Source: Bacilli bacterium
GTDB lineage: Bacteria; Bacillota_I; Bacilli_A; RF39; UBA660
Direction: 5' to 3'
Length of the DNA stretch: 64,000 nucleotides
Assembly (NCBI GenBank): GCA_017442305.1
Contig: JAFRZY010000004.1
Coordinates: 24,590-88,589, forward strand
How positions within the stretch are numbered: the first letter of the stretch is position 1; the number at the start of each line of letters is the position of its first letter. A program made the position numbers and the translations under genes. Below the pieces are notes generated by a model. The model did no database searches and had not been told where the DNA came from. It saw only the letters and a program-made list of their open reading frames with translations. Below are positions 27,754 through 38,128 of this stretch, piece by piece.

Positions 27754-28152
27754 ATGTTTGTACAAGATAAAATCGCTGATATGTTAACACGTATTAGAAA
27801 TGCTAATCAAATGCGTTATGCAACTGTTGAAGTTATTGGAACAAAAATGACTTTAGGAATTGCAGAAATTTTAAAAAGAGAAGGATACATTTCAGATTTT
27901 ACTTATGAAAAATCAAATCAAGGAGATAAATTAACTTTAAACCTTAAATATGGTGAAAAGAAAGAAAGAGTTATCACTGGACTTAAGAGAATTAGTAAAT
28001 CTGGATTAAGAGTATACGCAAAAAATAATGAAATTCCTCGTGTATTAAATGGATTAGGAATTGCAATTATTTCTACTTCACAAGGGCTTATGACTGATAA
28101 AGAAGCTAGAAATGCTGGATTAGGAGGCGAAGTACTTGCCTACATCTGGTAA
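27754..28152 (+). CDS. rpsH: 30S ribosomal protein S8
   Basis: [13 protein letters not shown]...[11 protein letters not shown]. The ATG at 27754 follows GGAAAGGAGG. Confidence 0.97.
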   Translation: MFVQDKIADMLTRIRNANQMRYATVEVIGTKMTLGIAEILKREGYISDFTYEKSNQGDKLTLNLKYGEKKERVITGLKRISKSGLRVYAKNNEIPRVLNGLGIAIISTSQGLMTDKEARNAGLGGEVLAYIW

Positions 28153-28163
28153 GGAAATATATT

Positions 28164-28700
28164 ATGAGTAGAATTGGTAATAGAAAATTAGTAATACCTG
28201 AAGGTGTTACTGTTACAGTAGAAAATAATAATATTAAAGTTAAAGGTCCTAAAGGAGAATTAAGTTATAATTTTAGTAACTTAATAAATGTTAAAGTAGT
28301 AGAAAATACTGTAGTAACTGAACAAATTAAAGAATCAAAAACTTCTAATATGATGCAAGGAACTACAAATTCATTAATTAACAATATGTTAGTTGGTGTA
28401 TCAGAAGGTTATGAAAAAGGCTTAGAAGCAGTAGGTGTAGGATATCGTTTCCAAGTTGCTGGTAATAAAATTACTATCAACGCAGGATATTCTCATCCAG
28501 TAGTTATGGAAGTTCCAGCTGGAATTACTGCTACATTAGTAAATAATACAGAAATCACATTGAGTGGTATAGATAAGCAATTATTATCTGAATTTGCGGC
28601 TAATGTTCGTAAAGTAAGAGAACCAGAACCATATAAAGGTAAAGGAATTCGTTACAAAGGTGAATATGTACGTCGTAAAGAAGGTAAAAAGGCTGCTTAA
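28164..28700 (+). CDS. rplF: 50S ribosomal protein L6
   Basis: MSRIGNRKLVIPEGV...EPYKGKGIRY.GE.VRRKEGK. Confidence 0.97.
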   Translation: MSRIGNRKLVIPEGVTVTVENNNIKVKGPKGELSYNFSNLINVKVVENTVVTEQIKESKTSNMMQGTTNSLINNMLVGVSEGYEKGLEAVGVGYRFQVAGNKITINAGYSHPVVMEVPAGITATLVNNTEITLSGIDKQLLSEFAANVRKVREPEPYKGKGIRYKGEYVRRKEGKKAA

Positions 28701-28722
28701 TTAAGGTAAAGGAGAGTAAATT

Positions 28723-29079
28723 ATGATAAGAAAAGAATCAAGTAATGTTTCACGTCAAAGAAGACATGCAAGAGTTCGTAGTAAAATATCTGGAACTAAA
28801 GAAATGCCTAGATTAAACGTGTTTAGATCAAATAGTAACATATTTGTTCAAGTAATTGATGATGTTGCTCAAAATACCTTAGTTAGCTCATCATCATTAG
28901 AATTAAAAATTAAAAACGGTGGAAGCATTGAAGGTGCAAAAGCTGTTGGAAAAGATATTGCTGAAAAATGCAAAAAAGCAAAAATAACAAAAGTTGTTTT
29001 TGATAGAGGTGGATACCTTTACCATGGGCGTGTTAAAGCTTTAGCTGAAGCTGCACGCGAAAATGGGTTAGAATTCTAG
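28723..29079 (+). CDS. rplR: 50S ribosomal protein L18
   Basis: [13 protein letters not shown]...[16 protein letters not shown]...[24 protein letters not shown]. Confidence 0.97.
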   Translation: MIRKESSNVSRQRRHARVRSKISGTKEMPRLNVFRSNSNIFVQVIDDVAQNTLVSSSSLELKIKNGGSIEGAKAVGKDIAEKCKKAKITKVVFDRGGYLYHGRVKALAEAARENGLEF

Positions 29080-29094
29080 AGTGGGAGGTAAGTT

Positions 29095-29598
29095 ATGCCA
29101 AAACAAAATATCGATGCTAAAAAGAATTTACTAGAAGAAAAAGTTATATCAATCGGAAGAGTAACAAAAGTTACTAAAGGTGGTAGACATTTTAGATTCT
29201 CTGCTACAGTAGTAGTAGGTAACCGTAAAGGATTAGTTGGAATAGGAACTGGAAAAGCAAATGAAGTTCCAGAAGCTATTAAAAAGGCTATCCAAGCTGC
29301 TAACAAAAACGTAACAAAAGTTGCTTTAATTGATAATAGAACAATCCCTCATGAAGCTACTGGAAAAGTTGGTAGAGCAGTTGTTATGATTAAACCAGCT
29401 AAAGAAGGTAACGGAGTTATTGCAGGTGGAGCTGCTCGTGCAGTATTAGAACTTGCAGGTATTAAGGATATTGTTTCAAAATCTCTTGGATCAAATACAA
29501 AAATTAATGTTGCAAAAGCTACATTAGAAGCTCTAAAATCTGAAAGAACTCCAGCTAAGATTGCAGCATTACGTGGTAAGAAAGTTGAGGAATTATAA
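29095..29598 (+). CDS. rpsE: 30S ribosomal protein S5
   Basis: [41 protein letters not shown]. Confidence 0.97.
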   Translation: MPKQNIDAKKNLLEEKVISIGRVTKVTKGGRHFRFSATVVVGNRKGLVGIGTGKANEVPEAIKKAIQAANKNVTKVALIDNRTIPHEATGKVGRAVVMIKPAKEGNGVIAGGAARAVLELAGIKDIVSKSLGSNTKINVAKATLEALKSERTPAKIAALRGKKVEEL

Positions 29599-29599
29599 G

Positions 29600-30043
29600 A
29601 TGAAATTAGAAACATTACCAAAATCTAAAGAAGCTAAAGCTCGTAAAAGAGTTGGACGTGGACCAGGAAGTGGAATGGGTAAAACATCTACTCGTGGAGA
29701 AAAAGGTCAATTAGCTCGTAGTGGTGGAAGCGTACCAGCATGGTTCCAAGGTGGTCAATCTCCTTTATATAGAAGATTACCAAAAAGAGGATTTAATAAT
29801 GCTCGTTTCGCAACAAAGTTTGCTACTATTAATTTAGATGATTTAAATAAATACTTTAATGATGGAGATGTTGTTACTCCAGAAGTATTAAAAGAAAGAG
29901 GAATAGTTAAGAAACAACTAAGTGGAATCAAAGTTTTAGCTAGTGGTACATTAGAAAAGAAAATTACTGTTAAAGCACAAAGATTTTCTTCAACAGCTGT
30001 AACTAAGATTGAAGCTGCAGGCGGTAAAGCTGAGGTGATTTAG
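29600..30043 (+). CDS. rplO: 50S ribosomal protein L15
   Basis: [37 protein letters not shown]. The ATG is 1 nt after the rpsE stop. Confidence 0.96.
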   Translation: MKLETLPKSKEAKARKRVGRGPGSGMGKTSTRGEKGQLARSGGSVPAWFQGGQSPLYRRLPKRGFNNARFATKFATINLDDLNKYFNDGDVVTPEVLKERGIVKKQLSGIKVLASGTLEKKITVKAQRFSSTAVTKIEAAGGKAEVI

Positions 30044-31309
30044 ATGTTTCAAGCGATTTCCCAATTATTTAGTAAAAATAGTAAAGATTTAAGAAAAAGA
30101 ATATATTTCACATTATTTTGTTTAGGAATATTTTGTCTAGGAACAACTATAACGATTCCTTGGGCATCTGTGGTATATGAAGAATTAGGGTTCTTAGAAA
30201 TTTTCAACTTGATGAGTGGTGGAGGACTTCAAAGCTTTTCAATATTTGCTTTAGGTGTTTCTCCATACATCACTGCATCAATCATTACTCAAATTCTTCA
30301 AATGGATATAATTCCTTACTTTAAAGAACTTAAGGAACAAGGTTATACAGGAAGACAAAAGATAAATAAAATAACAAGATATTTAGGTATTATTATTGGT
30401 TTCTTACAAGCATATATGCTTACAGTATTCTATATGAAGGGTGCTGATACAATGATGGTACTTAAAACAACATTAGTAATGACTGCAGGAACTGCTTTCT
30501 TACTATGGATGGGAGATCAAATTACCCAAAAGGGTATCGGGAATGGCCAATCATTATTAATTATGGCTGGTATCATTCAAAGTATGCCTAACGTATTTAA
30601 AGGAGCGTTTAGCGCATTTATAACTGAAGCTACATTTAGTAATATTCTTGGAGGTATTTTATTTGCAGTGTTTATTCTAAGTTATATCTTAATAATAGTG
30701 GGTATAATTTGGGTAACATTAGCCGAAAGAAGAATACCAATCCAATATGCTAATCGCACAACTAGTGCTTATGGAGCACAACAAAATTATTTGCCAATTA
30801 AAATTAATGCAGCAGGAGTTATGCCAGTAATATTTGCATCAATTCTTACTACAATCCCAGCTACAGTAGTTGGATTAATTGGTAACCAAGCCGCAATTGA
30901 CTTTGTTAATAACTACATAGTATATACCTCTCCAACTGGATTTATTCTTTATGTAATATTAATATTCTTCTTTGGGTATTTCTATACATTCTTATCAATG
31001 AATCCAGAAGAAATGAGTAAAAACTTAAACGAAAGAGGTGGATATATTCCTGGTGTTCGTCCTGGAAAAGATACTTCTGATTACATTAGTAAGAGTTTAA
31101 GTAAACTAACAGTTGTTGGTTCAACTTTCTTAGTAATTCTTGCAGGATTACCCGTATTAATTGCTAACTTTACAAGCTTACCATCAAGTGTTACTATTGG
31201 TGGAACTGGTATATTAATCGTTGTTGGTGTTGCTATTGAAACCTACAAACAAATTGAAAGTAGTTTAATTAGTCGCAGTTACGCTGCAAAAAGAAAGAGG
31301 CTTAAATGA
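30044..31309 (+). CDS. secY: preprotein translocase subunit SecY
   Basis: Ten-TM profile, LGVSPYITASII, GIGNG.SLLI and a C-terminal basic tail. The position after rplO is as expected. Confidence 0.97.
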   Translation: MFQAISQLFSKNSKDLRKRIYFTLFCLGIFCLGTTITIPWASVVYEELGFLEIFNLMSGGGLQSFSIFALGVSPYITASIITQILQMDIIPYFKELKEQGYTGRQKINKITRYLGIIIGFLQAYMLTVFYMKGADTMMVLKTTLVMTAGTAFLLWMGDQITQKGIGNGQSLLIMAGIIQSMPNVFKGAFSAFITEATFSNILGGILFAVFILSYILIIVGIIWVTLAERRIPIQYANRTTSAYGAQQNYLPIKINAAGVMPVIFASILTTIPATVVGLIGNQAAIDFVNNYIVYTSPTGFILYVILIFFFGYFYTFLSMNPEEMSKNLNERGGYIPGVRPGKDTSDYISKSLSKLTVVGSTFLVILAGLPVLIANFTSLPSSVTIGGTGILIVVGVAIETYKQIESSLISRSYAAKRKRLK

Positions 31310-31962
31310 AAAATATAATTTTTATCGCACCACCAGCTGCGGGTAAAGGTACTCAAAGTGAATGGTTAAAAGATAAATTTAATTATGAACATATTTCAAC
31401 AGGAGATTTATTAAGACAAGCTATTGCTGAAGGTTCTGAACTTGGTAAACAAGTTGAAGATGTAATAGCAGGTGGAAATTTAGTAAGTGATGATATAATG
31501 ATTGCTTTGCTAAAAGATACACTAACTAAGCTTCCAACAGATAAACCTTTTATCCTTGATGGATTTCCAAGAACAATTAAACAAGCAGAAGCTTTAAATG
31601 AATTGTTAAATGAAATAAATGTTACTGATTTAGTTGCAATATATTTAAATATTGATGAAGAAGAAGCAATGCGTAGAGCATTAGGTAGAGTAAGTTGCCC
31701 AAATTGTAAAAAAGGATATAATATTTACTATGAAGCGATGAAACCTAAAGTTGAAGATATCTGTGATGAATGTGGTTCTAAACTTGATCGTCGTAGTGAC
31801 GATAATGAAGAATCATTTAAACATAGATTTGAAACTTATATCGAAAACTCTACTCCAGTAATTAACTTCTATCAAGAAAAAAATCTTCTTAAAGAAGTTA
31901 AAGTGGATCGTGAATCTATAGAAATATTTGAGGATATTGTAAAATTATTAAGTGAGGAATAA
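31306..31962 (+). CDS. adk: adenylate kinase (four-Cys zinc lid)
   Basis: P-loop APPAAGKGTQ, ISTGDLLR, DGFPRT and lid CPNC...CDEC. Confidence 0.96.
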   Translation: MKNIIFIAPPAAGKGTQSEWLKDKFNYEHISTGDLLRQAIAEGSELGKQVEDVIAGGNLVSDDIMIALLKDTLTKLPTDKPFILDGFPRTIKQAEALNELLNEINVTDLVAIYLNIDEEEAMRRALGRVSCPNCKKGYNIYYEAMKPKVEDICDECGSKLDRRSDDNEESFKHRFETYIENSTPVINFYQEKNLLKEVKVDRESIEIFEDIVKLLSEE

Positions 31963-31963
31963 A

Positions 31964-32728
31964 ATGATAAGTATAAAGAGTGAGCGAGAAATAGAGTTAA
32001 TGCGTCATGCAGGCTATATAAATTATTTGACACACCAAGAAGTGAAAAAGCATATAAAGGCTGGAGTAACAACAAAGGCGTTAGATAAAGTCGCTTACGA
32101 CTTTATTACTAAAAAGGGTTGTATCCCATCGTTCTTAAACTATGAAGGGTATCCCGGTAGTATATGCGTCTCAATTAATGATGAAGTTGTACACGGGATA
32201 CCTGGAAATAGGATTATTAAAGATGGTGATATAGTGTCAGTTGATATTGGAGTTAATTATAAAGGATATCATTCTGATGCCGCAAATACTTATATTGTTG
32301 GGAAAGTTTCCAAAGATGTTGAAGATTTAGTAAAAAATACTGAAAAATCACTTTATAAGGGCTTGAGTGTTATAGCTGCTGGTGCTAAAATAGGTGACAT
32401 AGGAGCGGCTATAGAGGAATTTGCAGAAGCAAACAATTTAAGTGTTGTAAGAGAATTAGTTGGACACGGAGTTGGAACAGATATTCATGAAGATCCAGAC
32501 GTTCCAAATTTTGGTAAAACAAATACTGGTTTAGTACTAAAGGAAGGTATGGTTATCGCAGTAGAACCAATGTTGAATTTAGGAAGTCGTTATGTTTATT
32601 TACATGATGATGATTGGACTATTTCTACGGATGATGGACTTCCTAGTGCTCACTTTGAACATACAGTATTAGTTACTAAAGATGGATATGAAATATTAAC
32701 AGGAGATATGGAAAATGGCGAAAAATAA
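31964..32728 (+). CDS. map: type I methionine aminopeptidase
   Basis: [30 protein letters not shown] and VIAVEP..FEHT metal ligand contexts. The ATG at 31964 is just after the adk stop. Confidence 0.95.
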   Translation: MISIKSEREIELMRHAGYINYLTHQEVKKHIKAGVTTKALDKVAYDFITKKGCIPSFLNYEGYPGSICVSINDEVVHGIPGNRIIKDGDIVSVDIGVNYKGYHSDAANTYIVGKVSKDVEDLVKNTEKSLYKGLSVIAAGAKIGDIGAAIEEFAEANNLSVVRELVGHGVGTDIHEDPDVPNFGKTNTGLVLKEGMVIAVEPMLNLGSRYVYLHDDDWTISTDDGLPSAHFEHTVLVTKDGYEILTGDMENGEK

Positions 32729-32960
32729 TAAAGTAAATACTTCTAATAAAGAAGAAAAAATTGAAGTTGAAGGAAAAGTAGTTGAAGTACTTAAAGGTAG
32801 TGACTACTTAGTTGAACTTCCAAACGGTCATACTGTAGTTGCCTACGTTTCTGGTAAAATGCGCGTTAACATGATACGTATTCTACCAGGTGATACAGTA
32901 ACAATAGAATTATCGCCTTATGACTTAACACGTGGGCGTATAACATGGAATAAAAGATAA
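32715..32960 (+). CDS. infA: translation initiation factor IF-1 (with short N-terminal extension)
   Basis: [11 protein letters not shown]...[36 protein letters not shown]. Confidence 0.95.
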   Translation: MAKNNKVNTSNKEEKIEVEGKVVEVLKGSDYLVELPNGHTVVAYVSGKMRVNMIRILPGDTVTIELSPYDLTRGRITWNKR

Positions 32961-32974
32961 ATGGAGGAGAATTT

Positions 32975-33088
32975 ATGAAAGTTAGACCATCAGTTAAAAA
33001 AATTTGTAAAAAGTGCAAAATTATAAGAAGAAAAGGAAAAGTTATGGTTATTTGTGAAAATCCAAAACACAAACAAACTCAAGGTTAA
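32975..33088 (+). CDS. rpmJ: 50S ribosomal protein L36 (not in supplied ORF track)
   Basis: Translated by hand as [37 protein letters not shown], with the C-x2-C-x12-C-x4-H zinc motif. RBS GGAGGAG. It sits in the canonical infA-rpmJ-rpsM position. Confidence 0.95.
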   Translation: MKVRPSVKKICKKCKIIRRKGKVMVICENPKHKQTQG

Positions 33089-33100
33089 TAGGAGGTTAAT

Positions 33101-33475
33101 ATGGCACGTATAAAAAATATTGAATTACCAGGAGAAAAACATACAGTTATTGGATTAACTGCAATCTATGGTATAGGTAGAAGCTTAGCTGAAACTATTT
33201 GTGATGCAGCAAAAGTTGAAAGAACTAAAAAAGTTAAAGATTTAACAGATGATGAAGTAGCAGCATTAAGAAAAGAAGTTGATAACTACACAGTTGAAGG
33301 AGATTTGCGTAGAGATGTTCAAATGAGCATTAAAAACAAAATGGAAATCAATTGTTATCAAGGTGTTAGACATAAAAAAGGTTTACCTGTAAGAGGACAA
33401 AGAACTAGTAGAAATGCTAAAACTCGTAAAGGTAAAGGAAAAGTTGTTGCTAACAAGAAGAAAGCTGGAAAGTAG
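33101..33475 (+). CDS. rpsM: 30S ribosomal protein S13
   Basis: [23 protein letters not shown]...[21 protein letters not shown]. Confidence 0.97.
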   Translation: MARIKNIELPGEKHTVIGLTAIYGIGRSLAETICDAAKVERTKKVKDLTDDEVAALRKEVDNYTVEGDLRRDVQMSIKNKMEINCYQGVRHKKGLPVRGQRTSRNAKTRKGKGKVVANKKKAGK

Positions 33476-33486
33476 GAGGTTAAATT

Positions 33487-33870
33487 ATGGCATATAATAG
33501 AAGAAAAAGAAAAATTAAAAAGAATATACCTGAAGCTCAAGCTCATATTCATTCAACATATAATAATACAATCGTAACTATTACTGATAAAGAAGGAAAT
33601 GTTATAAGTTGGGCATCAGCTGGAACTATTGGTTATAAAGGTTCTAAAAAGAAAACTCCTTTTGCAGCTGGAATGAGTGCTGAAGCAGCTGGAAAAGCAG
33701 CAATGGAACAAGGAGTAGTTAAAGTAGAAGTTTTTGTTAAAGGTTTAGGAGCTGGAAGAGAAAATGCTATTAGATCTTTACAAGCAGCTGGTCTTGAAAT
33801 TACAAGTATTAATGACGAAACACCAGTACCACACAATGGTTGTCGTCCACCAAAACGTCCTAGAAATTAA
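33487..33870 (+). CDS. rpsK: 30S ribosomal protein S11
   Basis: [35 protein letters not shown]...[14 protein letters not shown]-like end. Confidence 0.97.
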   Translation: MAYNRRKRKIKKNIPEAQAHIHSTYNNTIVTITDKEGNVISWASAGTIGYKGSKKKTPFAAGMSAEAAGKAAMEQGVVKVEVFVKGLGAGRENAIRSLQAAGLEITSINDETPVPHNGCRPPKRPRN

Positions 33871-33892
33871 TTAGAGAAAGGGTTATGTAAAT

Positions 33893-34837
33893 ATGATAAG
33901 TTTTGAAAAACCAGAATACAAAATTACTGAATACGTAGAGAGTAATCATTACGGAAAATTTGAATTAGAACCTCTTGAAAGAGGATTTGGTACTACTATT
34001 GGAAACGCATTAAGAAGAGTTATGTTATCAAGCCTTCCAGGAAGTGCTATAACTTCAGTTAAAATCGATGGAGTTTTACATGAATTCCAAAAAATCGATG
34101 GAGTTGTAGAGGATGTTACAGCAATCGTTTTAGCATTAAAAGATGTTGTAATTAAGAATCATTCTGACGAAATTAAAACAATTAGACTTTCTAAAAATAC
34201 AGAAGGTGTAGTAACTGCTGGAGATATTGAAAAAGATGCTGATATTGAAATTATCAATCCTGACCATGTAATTTGTACGCTTGTTAAAGGCGGAAAAATA
34301 GATATGGAAATGACAGTTGATAATGGAAAAGGATATGTTGATGCAAAAGAAAATCAACGTAAATTTGCTGAATCAAAAGTTGGAGTTATTGCAATAGATT
34401 CATCTTATTCTCCAATCGAACTTGTTAAATACGATGTAGAAGATACTCGTGTTGGTCAAAATGAAAATTTTGATAAATTAATCATGCAAATAACTACAAA
34501 TGGAGCTATGACTCCAGAAGAAGCAATGGCTTTAGCAGCAAGAATTTTAATTGAACATTTCAATATTGTAACAAACTTAAATGCAATTAGTGATGTATCA
34601 GGTTTAATGGCTGAAAAGAAAGTTGATACTATTACTAAAACATTAGAAACACCAATCGAAGAAATTGAATTTTCAGTAAGAGCATATAATTGTTTAAAGA
34701 GAGCTGGTATTCATACTGTTCAAGATCTTATCTCTAAAAGAGAGTTAGAAGTTACAAAAATTCGTAACTTAGGTAAAAAATCTCTAAAAGAAGTAATTGA
34801 TAAAGTAGCAGAAATGGGACTTAAGTTCCGTGATTAA
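33893..34837 (+). CDS. rpoA: DNA-directed RNA polymerase subunit alpha
   Basis: [28 protein letters not shown] and the C-terminal domain [19 protein letters not shown]. Confidence 0.97.
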   Translation: MISFEKPEYKITEYVESNHYGKFELEPLERGFGTTIGNALRRVMLSSLPGSAITSVKIDGVLHEFQKIDGVVEDVTAIVLALKDVVIKNHSDEIKTIRLSKNTEGVVTAGDIEKDADIEIINPDHVICTLVKGGKIDMEMTVDNGKGYVDAKENQRKFAESKVGVIAIDSSYSPIELVKYDVEDTRVGQNENFDKLIMQITTNGAMTPEEAMALAARILIEHFNIVTNLNAISDVSGLMAEKKVDTITKTLETPIEEIEFSVRAYNCLKRAGIHTVQDLISKRELEVTKIRNLGKKSLKEVIDKVAEMGLKFRD

Positions 34838-34851
34838 GGAGTGAGGCAGAC

Positions 34852-35193
34852 ATGTACAGAAAATTAGGAAGAGAATCAAGACAAAGAAGAAGTATTTTAG
34901 CAAGTTTAACAAAAGCTGTTATTATGAATGAATCAGTAGTTACTACTGAAGCAAGAGCTAAAGAAGCACGTAAGTTTGTTGAAAAAATGATTACTTACGG
35001 AAAAAGAGGAACACTAGTATCTCGTCGTAAAGCTTTAGCATTCTTACATAATGATAATGAAGTTGTTAGTAAAGTATTCAATGACTTAGCTAAAAGATAT
35101 GAATCTAGAAATGGTGGATATACTAGAATCATTAAATTAAAAGAACGTATCGGTGACGATGCTTTAGAAGTTAAATTAGAATTAGTAAAATAA
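34852..35193 (+). CDS. rplQ: 50S ribosomal protein L17
   Basis: YRKLGR.S..R..IL.SL......E...TT..RAKE.R..VEKMIT..K and NGGYTRI.K...R.GD.A. Confidence 0.96.
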   Translation: MYRKLGRESRQRRSILASLTKAVIMNESVVTTEARAKEARKFVEKMITYGKRGTLVSRRKALAFLHNDNEVVSKVFNDLAKRYESRNGGYTRIIKLKERIGDDALEVKLELVK

Positions 35194-35199
35194 TTAATT

Positions 35200-35227
35200 A
35201 GGAAACAGTCGTTTCCTAATTTTTTTG
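35200..35227 (+). terminator. rho-independent terminator ending the alpha operon
   Basis: AGGAAAC-agtc-GTTTCCT, then AA and a T7 run. Confidence 0.85.
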
Positions 35228-35337
35228 AATTTAAATTAAGCTGTTTTTTTACACTGTATTTATGGGAATTTAATTGCAAAATCTAAAACAATATGATAGT
35301 ATTAATATAGAATATAAAGGGTAAAGGAGTGGCTATT

Positions 35338-37221
35338 GTGCAAAGAGATATAATAGAATTAATAGATACTCTAGTTAAAATGGCAGGAAGTACATCTAGT
35401 TTTGATTCATTAACTGCTGAATTAGATGAAATAAAAAAATTAATTAGTAAAAAAGAAATAGATTTACAAGATTTAAAAGAATCAATGGTTGATGAAAAAT
35501 ACTTTGATGCATCAGGAGAAGTAGTAGATAGAAATATAGAAATTAGTTTAAACAAAAAAATTAAACGTTTAAATAAAATAGCAGAAGAAATAAAAACAGA
35601 AATGCAAGGCGCAACTACTTTAGAATCATCACTTCATGATGGTATTAAAGACTTAAAAAGTGAATTAGATTCTTCTTCAAAATACATTGATGTAATAGAA
35701 GAACGCATAGATAATACAGCATCAAATGAGATTAGAGATAATTATCAAGAGTTACTAACAATTGAAAGAAATAATTATTCTACAATTGAGTTAAAATTAA
35801 ATGAACAGAAGGAAGAATACGAAAAAGTAGAAAAACAAATAGAAGCTCTTTCAGTTGCGTTAAATGAGTTAAATGATACTATTCTTAAAGAAAAAGAAAA
35901 GTTAGCTGAAACAAAAGCGAGTTTAGCCAATCCAAAAACATATATAGATGAGGATTTAAAGAAATCTGATGAAGAAAGCTTAACTAAATTAGTTGAAGAA
36001 ATAGATGAGTTGGATAAAAAACGTTTAAGCATTTTAACTGATCCAGCCTTAATTGCTAATGATGTAAAAGAATTAGTAGCAAATAATGATACTAATGAAT
36101 CATTATCCAAATTAAAAGAGCTTATCACACTTGTTAAAAGTAAACCATACATGGATGAAACTAATAGAGGTACATTAGAAGCAACGTTAAGTAATCTAGA
36201 AAAAGAATTGTCAGATTTTAAAGCTGAAGTTGAAGTAAAAAAATATAATGGACAAGATAGTGATTTATTAGAGGAAAGAATAAATTATTTAAAAAATATC
36301 ATTGAACTTTCTAAAATCAATATTGATCAAATAAGAGAAAATATTACTATTATTGATACACAACGAGTTTCATTTATTAAAGGAAAAATTACTACTGCAG
36401 AAGCTCAAGCTAAAGTTATCGAAAAAACAATTGAAGAATATCATATTCTTATGAATAGTGATGAAGAAAGAAACGAAAAATCAAAAACTGCAATAAAGTC
36501 AACTTATGAAAAAAAGGTTAAAGAGCTAGCAACAGTTAGAGAAATAATTAATGCTTACAAAGAAGACTTAAGAGCATTAATAAAAGAAGCATTTGATGCA
36601 GAAAATGTTGAAATAAAAGCTATTAATGATAAAATAGCAGAACACGAAGAAGAAATTGCTAGACTTAATAAATTGTTAGTATTAAGTAGCAAAACAAAAG
36701 ATGTTATAGAAGAAGAAAAAGATAAAACAAAAATAAAAGAATTAACTGAAGAAATCAAAAATATTAAATTCTGTTTATCATTTGATAAAACACCAGATGA
36801 AATATATGATGATATTGAAATGATTTTAGGATCAATTGGTTATGTTGAAAATACTAGAACAAATAAGTATCGCAATGAAAAATACACCTTTGAAAAAGTA
36901 ATGCCTGAAGTTAAAGAAGAACCAGTTGTTATAAAAGATGATGAACCTCTTCCAGAACCAGTTATTGAACAACAATTAGAACCTGTGACTGAAGTGAAAC
37001 CTGTTATAGAAGAAGCAGAAGAAGAATTACCAATATTTGAAGAATTTAAGGAAAATCCAGAAACAAATAATCGTCTTCGGGTAGTAGAAATTATTCCTCT
37101 TGATAATAAAGAAGAAATAAAAGAAGAAGATAGCGAAGGAGATTTTAATACAAACGGATTTGATGATACTGGTTATATAAGTTTTGAAGATGCGGTATCC
37201 GCATCAAATGGAGGTAACTAA
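35338..37221 (+). CDS. large cytoplasmic coiled-coil protein, unknown function
   Basis: About 627 aa and Glu/Lys/Ile/Leu-rich throughout, with heptad-like character. No TM segment, no P-loop and no catalytic motif. It has a Pro/Glu-rich (E/K)PV(I/T/V)E repeat region and an acidic C-terminus. I prefer the GTG at 35338 (8 nt after AAAGGAG) over the GTG at 35329, which overlaps the RBS. Confidence 0.6.
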   Translation: MQRDIIELIDTLVKMAGSTSSFDSLTAELDEIKKLISKKEIDLQDLKESMVDEKYFDASGEVVDRNIEISLNKKIKRLNKIAEEIKTEMQGATTLESSLHDGIKDLKSELDSSSKYIDVIEERIDNTASNEIRDNYQELLTIERNNYSTIELKLNEQKEEYEKVEKQIEALSVALNELNDTILKEKEKLAETKASLANPKTYIDEDLKKSDEESLTKLVEEIDELDKKRLSILTDPALIANDVKELVANNDTNESLSKLKELITLVKSKPYMDETNRGTLEATLSNLEKELSDFKAEVEVKKYNGQDSDLLEERINYLKNIIELSKINIDQIRENITIIDTQRVSFIKGKITTAEAQAKVIEKTIEEYHILMNSDEERNEKSKTAIKSTYEKKVKELATVREIINAYKEDLRALIKEAFDAENVEIKAINDKIAEHEEEIARLNKLLVLSSKTKDVIEEEKDKTKIKELTEEIKNIKFCLSFDKTPDEIYDDIEMILGSIGYVENTRTNKYRNEKYTFEKVMPEVKEEPVVIKDDEPLPEPVIEQQLEPVTEVKPVIEEAEEELPIFEEFKENPETNNRLRVVEIIPLDNKEEIKEEDSEGDFNTNGFDDTGYISFEDAVSASNGGN

Positions 37222-37223
37222 CA

Positions 37224-37469
37224 ATGGGGTTAAGTACTAACACAATCGTAGTTTTAGAAAATCAAGAAAGATACATTATTTTAAATCAGACAATGTATAC
37301 TGGAAAAAAATATTTCTTAGCTATGGGTATTGATGAAAATAAGGAATTAATTACTTCTAAAGTGGTTATTTTAGAAGAAATAGTAAGTGGACTTGATTTA
37401 TTTGTTGAAAAAGTAATAGACCAAGAAACCATAAAAACACTAACTAGATTATTTAAAGCTCAAAATTAA
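37224..37469 (+). CDS. small acidic protein, possibly DUF1292-like; translationally coupled to the coiled-coil gene
   Basis: 81 aa, with its ATG 3 nt after the upstream stop and GGAGGT inside the upstream gene's end. The pattern IVVLEN..ERYIIL....Y.GKKYFLA......E..VVILEE resembles the DUF1292 layout from memory only. Confidence 0.4.
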   Translation: MGLSTNTIVVLENQERYIILNQTMYTGKKYFLAMGIDENKELITSKVVILEEIVSGLDLFVEKVIDQETIKTLTRLFKAQN

Positions 37470-37481
37470 TTTGAGCTTTTT
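37455..37481 (+). terminator. rho-independent terminator
   Basis: AAAGCTCAAA-attaa-TTTGAGCTTT followed by TT; it overlaps the stop codon. Confidence 0.7.
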
Positions 37482-37487
37482 ATTATA

Positions 37488-37517
37488 TTTACAAAATAAA
37501 TATTTTTATAGTATAAT
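37488..37517 (+). promoter_or_regulatory. putative sigma-A promoter of the rubrerythrin gene
   Basis: TTTACA, an 18-nt spacer and TATAAT (37512-37517). Confidence 0.4.
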
Positions 37518-37536
37518 TTTACTGGAGGTATTAATT

Positions 37537-38076
37537 ATGGAATTAAAAGGAAGTAAAACAGAGGCTAATTTAATGGCTGCATTTGCTGGTGAAAGCCAAG
37601 CAAGAAATAAATATTCATATTATGCATCTAAAGCAAAAAAAGATGGATATGAACAAATTGCTGCTATCTTTGAAGAAACAGCAAATAACGAAAAGGAACA
37701 TGCAAAACTTTGGTTCAAACAACTACACGATGGAGCAATTCCTGATACACTAACAAACTTAAAAGATGCTGCAAACGGCGAAAATTATGAATGGACTGAA
37801 ATGTATAAAGAATTTGCAGAAGTAGCTCGCGAAGAAGGATTTGCTCATATTGCTAATTTATTTGAACAAGTTGGTGAGATTGAAAAACATCATGAAGAAA
37901 GATATTTAAAACTTGTTGATAATATTGATAATAACTTAGTATTCCAAAGAGGAGAAGAAGTTGTATGGATTTGTCGTAACTGTGGACACATTACTTATAG
38001 TGCAACAGCACCAGTTGTTTGTCCTGTTTGTGCACATCCACAATCATTTATGGAATTACATAAAGAAAATTACTAA
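37537..38076 (+). CDS. rbr: rubrerythrin
   Basis: The ferritin-like diiron domain has ExxH motifs ([19 protein letters not shown]). The C-terminal rubredoxin-like domain has CRNCGH...CPVCAHP. The ATG at 37537 follows GGAGGT. Confidence 0.9.
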   Translation: MELKGSKTEANLMAAFAGESQARNKYSYYASKAKKDGYEQIAAIFEETANNEKEHAKLWFKQLHDGAIPDTLTNLKDAANGENYEWTEMYKEFAEVAREEGFAHIANLFEQVGEIEKHHEERYLKLVDNIDNNLVFQRGEEVVWICRNCGHITYSATAPVVCPVCAHPQSFMELHKENY

Positions 38077-38096
38077 GACCAAATGGTCTTTTTTCT
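38075..38096 (+). terminator. rho-independent terminator after rbr
   Basis: AAGACCA-aa-TGGTCTT followed by TTTTT. Confidence 0.75.
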
Positions 38097-38099
38097 TGG

Positions 38100-38128
38100 T
38101 TGCATTTTTATTAATTAAATGCTAAAAT
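38100..38128 (+). promoter_or_regulatory. putative sigma-A promoter of the pheST leader
   Basis: TTGCAT (38100-38105), a 17-nt spacer and TAAAAT (38123-38128). Confidence 0.5.
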
